Below, piece by piece: positions 37,160 to 41,846 of a DNA stretch of 41,846 bases. The DNA is taken from contig NW_021835411.1 of the NCBI RefSeq assembly GCF_006345805.1, positions 1-41,846 of the forward strand, in the 5' to 3' direction. Positions within the stretch are counted from its first letter, which is position 1. Each line of letters begins with the position of its first letter. This DNA comes from Octopus sinensis. Its lineage: Eukaryota. Both the position numbers and the translations under genes were made by a program. The notes below the pieces were generated by a model. The model was not told the DNA's origin. It saw nothing but the letters and a program-made list of their open reading frames with translations, and made no database searches.

Positions 37160-37548
37160 GTAGTTCTATGACCAGTGTATTGCATTCCAATTATGTGGAG
37201 TGGTCAGTTTTGGATTGTACTGTTTAATTCCAGATCATCCCTGGTTGACCCCTGTAGGATTGAGTTATCCATTGTAGCTTCTTATTTAATCCTTTACCCT
37301 TTAAACTGGCCATATCTGGCCATATCTGGCAGTATCTGGCCATATCTGGTCATATCCGGTCATATCCGGTCTAAGTATTTAACCTGTTGTAGTCTGTGGC
37401 CAGTGTATTGCATTCCATTTATGTGGAGTGGTCAGTTTTGGATTGTATTGTTTAATTCCAGATCATCCCTGGTTGACCCCTGTAGGATTGAGTTACCCAT
37501 TGTAGCTTCTTATTTAATCATTTAGTCTTTAAACTGGCCATATCTGGT
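37160..37548. repeat. ~238-bp tandem duplication containing (CATATCTGGC)n
   Basis: CCAGTGTATTGCATTCCA at 37172 and 37410. Confidence 0.88.
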
Positions 37549-37549
37549 C

Positions 37550-38103
37550 AAGCTGTTCTTCACTCCTGCTCCAGAGCGTCGGCTGCGGGGTCACTCCGAA
37601 AAGCTCTATCTGCGATGATTTCATCTCAATCGAAGGAAAGGGGCTTTCTCCGTCCAGGTTGCGGATCCGTGGAATAAGCTGCTGGACGAGATAGTGAAGA
37701 TGCCGACGACCGTTTGGTTCAAAGTCTCCCTTGATCACAAATGGCCTGAACTCTTTGCATGAACCCTGTACATAACTCCATGACCTTGCTTTTTGCTTTT
37801 TGAGCCCCAAAATTAACTTAACTTAACTTAACATACATACATATATACACACATTACATACATCATAAGCGGAAAGTGTAACCTCTCGAAAGAGCTGTTC
37901 TTCACTCCTGCTCCAGAGTGTCGGCTGCAGGGTCACTCCGAAAAGCTCTATTTGCGATGATTTCATCTCAATCGAAGGAGAGGGGCTTTCTCCGTCCGGG
38001 TTGCGGATCCGTGGAATAAGCTGCTGGACGAGATAGTGAAGATGCCGACGACCACTCGGTTCAAAGTCTCTCTTGACCAGAAATGGCCTGAACTCTTTAC
38101 ATG
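37550..38103 (+). mobile_element. Two CR1/L2-type LINE 3' ends (37550-37832, 37892-38103)
   Basis: LRGHSEKLYLR*FHLNRRKGAFSVQVADPWNKL..EIVKMPTT..FKVSLD, the RGH..KL...FS.RV...WN.LP...FK..LD C-terminal pattern; (TTAAC)n tail on the first copy. Confidence 0.88.
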
Positions 38104-38255
38104 CCTTAAGACTATTGAAAAGGTTGCAAGACGCAACGAAAATTTTAGAAAATAAAAAATAAGAAATAAGTGGAGATTTTACCGCTGAGTGTGTTAAATT
38201 ATAAATCACAAAAAGAAAAAATGACTCTCCCCAGACACAACAGTATATATATAAA

Positions 38256-38309
<54 letters not shown>

Positions 38310-38426
38310 ATATAGCAATTAGGATAACTTCTTAATAAGGAATCTTAAAAAATTATCAGGTAGTTAGCGTGAAAAACCTCATAAGAGAAAAAATTTGAAA
38401 ATAATTTTTTCCTTTTGAAAATATTG

Positions 38427-38586
38427 ATTTATATTGTATAGAGGGCATTATTACACATAAATGCCCCACACTAAGAGGGACATAAGTCATTACTACCAAA
38501 ATTTAGTGAAATTTTGGTAGTAATGACTAATGTCCCTCTTAGTGTGAGGCATTTATGTGAAATAATGCCCTCTATACAATATAAAT
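38427..38586. repeat. Near-perfect 160-bp palindrome
   Basis: 78-bp arms (38427-38504, 38509-38586), 3 mismatches, 4-nt loop AGTG. Confidence 0.95.
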
Positions 38587-38769
38587 ATATATATATATAT
38601 ATATATAATATATATATTATATATATATATATACATATATATATTTGTTTTGGAGTCAAATAATACCATGTATGCCTATGAAGATTTACAAACATACTTT
38701 CCCAATGATACTCGGTTTTTTCTCAAACCTTTTATAATGTGATACAAGTCTTTGGTGTAGAAATTGTAC

Positions 38770-38862
38770 GCAGCTGAAGAAGGCTTTTGATCTATCTGTT
38801 ATATCAATTATGCATTGATGTAAGAATAAGTTGTTCTATAAAGCCCGAAACATATGTATTGC
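38770..38862 (+). ncRNA. Putative type I hammerhead ribozyme (sense to the host intron)
   Basis: GCAG-CTGAAGA-AGGCTTT...AAAGCCC-GAAAC-ATAT-GT-A^TTGC; only the first stem II pair is mismatched (A.C). Confidence 0.68.
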
Positions 38863-38975
38863 AACATCCTTTGTGTTTTGCTTTTCATTTATTTCATTTG
38901 ATACATATATATAGCTAATGATTCTGCCAGCTTGGTGCCTTCATTTAATAACAATAATAATAATAATAATAATAA

Positions 38976-39100
38976 TTAGTTAGTTAGTTAATTAGTTAGT
39001 TAATTTTTTGGCTCAAAAAGCAAGGCCATGTAGGGGGACATGGAGTTATGTACAGGGTGGTGTTCATGCAAAGGTTTCAGGCCACTTGTGGTCAAGGGAA
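38976..39100 (-). mobile_element. Inverted CR1 3'UTR fragment
   Basis: Reverse complement of about 37727-37832, with a (TAAC)n-type tail. Confidence 0.75.
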
Positions 39101-39167
39101 CAATAATAATTATAATTCTTTTATTAGCCATGAGGGTTCACATAAAATAATATTAAATGACATGCAA

Positions 39168-39528
39168 TAGTCTTAAGGCGCATGGCTCAGTGGTTAGAGC
39201 GTCGAGCTTACGATCGTGAGGTTGTGAGCTCGAATCCCGGACCGGGCTGCGTGTTGTGTTCTTGAGCAAGACACTTTATTTCACGTTGCTCCAGTTCACT
39301 CAGCTGTAGAAATGAGTTGCGATGTCACTGGTGCCAAGCTGTATCGGCCCCTTTGCCTATCCCTTGGACAACATTGGTGACGTGGAGAGGGGAGGCTGGT
39401 ATGCATGGGCGACTGCTGGCCTTCCATAAACAACCTTGCCCGGACTTGTGTCTAGGAGGGTAACTTTCTAGGTGCAATCCCATGGTCACTCATGACCGAA
39501 GGGGGTCCTTACCCTTTAGTCTTAAGGC
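39168..39528 (+). mobile_element. tRNA-derived SINE, family D, with 12-bp target-site duplication
   Basis: GGCGCATGGCTCAGTGGTTAG...CTCGAATCCC head; TAGTCTTAAGGC at 39168-39179 and 39517-39528. Confidence 0.85.
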
Positions 39529-39685
39529 ACAAAAAGTGAATGACTCTCCCGAGACGCAACAGAATATGCTTCAACACACAAACTCATATAAAGAATCTGG
39601 CAAACCAAATCCAAAAACGAAATAGAGGTGTCAATTATAACATCCATTGGAAGATTTTGTGTATCAGTTTGTATATATATGTCTT

Positions 39686-40083
39686 TCTCTTTTCTCTTTT
39701 ACTTGTTTCAGTCATTTGACTGCGGCCATGCTGGAGCACCGCCTTTAATCGAGCAACTCGACCCCGGGACTTATTCTTTTATAAGCCCAGTACTTATTCT
39801 ATCGGTCTTTTTTTTTTACCGAACCGCTAAGTGACGGGGACGTAAACACACCAGCATCGGTTGTCAAGCGATGCTAGGGGGACAAACACAGACACACACA
39901 TATATATATATACATATATACGACAGGCTTCTTTCAGTTTCCGTCTACCAAATCCACTCACAAGGCATTGGTCGGCCCGGGGCTATAGCAGAAGACACTT
40001 GCCCAAGATGCCACGCAGTGGGACTGAACCCGGAACCATGTGGTTGGTTAGCAAGCTACTTACCACACAGCCACTCCTGCGCC
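39686..40083 (-). mobile_element. SINE family A
   Basis: Full length. Confidence 0.88.
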
Positions 40084-40307
40084 TGTGTATACATTTGGTG
40101 AAAAATGCGAGTGAAGATGTGTACGTTTTCATAGTGACGTATAAGTTCGCATGTGGGTCCGCGAGCGCACATGTAAGCGTATGACTAGCCATGTTTTACG
40201 TGTTTTACTATGAAATTTTAATCTTAATTTATATAAGTAGCGGAATTATAACACAGTAATTTCCCTTTATATAACGGTATTTTTTTATAGCGTTTTTCAG
40301 ATGGCCA

Positions 40308-40368
40308 GATAACCGAAGAGATGGTGTTGTGGATTTCCCCTTCGGCATCTGAAACTCAGAGTTTTATC
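40308..40368 (+). ncRNA. Hammerhead-like motif (U4>C variant)
   Basis: GATAA-CCGAAGA-GATG...CATC-T-GAAAC-TCAGA-GT-T^TTATC; perfect 5-bp stem I. Confidence 0.5.
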
Positions 40369-40470
40369 TTGGCTATTGAGTAATTGTAACATATTATTTT
40401 ACAGATAGAATTTCCTCTATTTACACAATATGGAGGTCTCTTTCTTTCTTTTGTTATCTTACCGTTTTTA

Positions 40471-40508
<38 letters not shown>

Positions 40509-40584
40509 CACTACCTCCCCTTATTTAGAACTCTCCTGAACATAAACATAACGATAACTCTATTCAACATAAACATAACGTCGC

Positions 40585-40625
40585 AAAAAATTTGAAAAGC
40601 TACACGCGAAACCGGTCTTTCTTTT
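40585..40625 (+). ncRNA. Minimal hammerhead-like motif with U3/A8 core
   Basis: TTGAAAA-GC-TACAC-GC-GAAAC-CG-GT-C^TTT. Confidence 0.55.
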
Positions 40626-40776
40626 AAATTATGTCATTATAAGAGAAAAAAATTTTTTTTTTAATTTTCTAATATTCTTCAGACATATTGACGCAAATAT
40701 ATATATTTTTTAACATTTAAGCCTTCTGTCGTTTTTTCACTCTTTACTATTTTCTATATATATATATATATATATT

Positions 40777-41119
40777 ATATTAAATTAGAGACAAAACCAC
40801 TATTAGGCAAATCATACAATGAAAAACTTAAGCCAATACATAAGATTGTTTAATTAATATTATTTAAATATATAACAAAATTATTAAAAAAATATAATTA
40901 ATATAACACTACGATCGTTTCATGGCTGTTAATTTCTTTAAATTTTCGATTTACAGTCATTCATCAGGTTGTTTAAATATTTATCTTGGCGAGGTTTAAA
41001 CAATTTTTTAAATAATTTTGTTATATATTTAAATAATATTAATTAAATAATCTTATGTATTGGCTTAAGTTTTTCATTGTTTGATTTGCCTAATAGTGGT
41101 TTTGTCTCTAATTTAATAT
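40777..41119. mobile_element. Fold-back mini-element with ~117-bp inverted arms
   Basis: 40777-40893 versus 41003-41119, about 3 mismatches. Confidence 0.9.
40905..40973 (-). ncRNA. Putative type I hammerhead ribozyme in the loop of the fold-back element
   Basis: AACAAC-CTGATGA-ATGACTGT...ACAGCCAT-GAAAC-GATC-GT-A^GTGTT; canonical core. Confidence 0.75.
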
Positions 41120-41456
41120 AATATAATATTTTACTATAAAATTGATTCAATCCTAAATCTGATTTTTCCCTGTAAGTTTGGATTTAATCCCTAATATTTA
41201 TTATTATATATATATATATATATTATATATATATATATATAAAATGAGATAGGAGTTGTAAATTCAACCCTCCATGGGATAACAATATGCCAATATACTG
41301 CTAGAGAAGTACCCAACAAAGCTAATACATAAATGTTAAAAATTGCAATGCAATTAATTCATTTACTGTATTATGTGGGCAAAGGTAAAATTATTTTTAC
41401 CGTAAATTAATAATACAAAATGAGAAAATGGAGAAATATATCTAATCAATCATCAA

Positions 41457-41846
41457 CTATCAGATAATACCGAATCAATACTTTATTAAACCACTACACA
41501 TAGCAATGATATTATACATTATATAGTACAAATATAACAAGACATAGAAATACATTTACATTGTAGCTGACAGCTGTTTCGGCCATGAAGACAGGTATGT
41601 CTCATTTAACCTATTAGCCATATAAAGCAGGTATAAATGAGACATTAACAAGAATATCTTACGGCCTCTTCAGAGATTTTAATGCAAGTATGAGTACAAA
41701 TCCTAAATAATTTACATATAAATATAAATGTGTGCATACATACTCATATTCTTACATATATATATATATATACACAATAATACAATATAAACAATTTGCT
41801 ATTGTGTAGTGTTTTAATAAAGTATTGATTCGGTATTATCTGATAG
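41457..41846. mobile_element. Inverted-repeat-bounded Penelope-like remnant (may extend past the window end)
   Basis: CTATCAGATAATACCGAATCAATACTTTATTAAA at 41457 is the reverse complement of the last bases of the window. Confidence 0.8.
41565..41676 (-). ncRNA. Putative type I hammerhead ribozyme with long stem II
   Basis: TCT-CTGAAGA-GGCC...GGCC-GAAAC-AGCT-GT-C^AG; stem II contains a 12-bp hairpin ATGTCTCATTTA/TAAATGAGACAT; stem I is short. Confidence 0.68.

Noticed and set aside
40291-41050. Terminal MFSD4 exon after ttttcag (40300) or tttacag (40956)
   Set aside because: The first hits a stop after 3 codons; the second gives AT-rich, non-homologous sequence within repeats.

Overview
This is AT-rich, microsatellite-saturated eukaryotic DNA, very likely from an octopus or other coleoid cephalopod. 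That is inferred from the SINE families and simple-repeat density; no database search was run. The window holds eight internal exons of one plus-strand MFS transporter gene of the MFSD4 (NaGLT1/FucP-like) family: 6975-7169, 14005-14235, 15524-15632, 27717-27835, 28929-29021, 30710-30790, 32148-32295 and 37018-37088. All splice phases are consistent, and the first and last exons lie outside the window. The first exon carries an apparent 1-nt frameshift. The introns are a mosaic of tRNA-derived SINEs, RTE and CR1 LINE 3' ends, mariner and maT remnants, a piggyBac-type MITE array, a Helitron-like element, satellites and a 1.26-kb tandem duplication. The most notable hidden signal is 13 distinct minimal type I hammerhead-ribozyme motifs, one of them duplicated. 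About four have intact cores and the rest are variant or decayed. Most have a palindromic stem III, and several sit inside or form inverted-repeat (fold-back) mini-elements, probably derived from Penelope-like elements. Nearly all long six-frame ORFs are microsatellite or SINE artefacts. No rRNA, genuine tRNA or CRISPR array is present.
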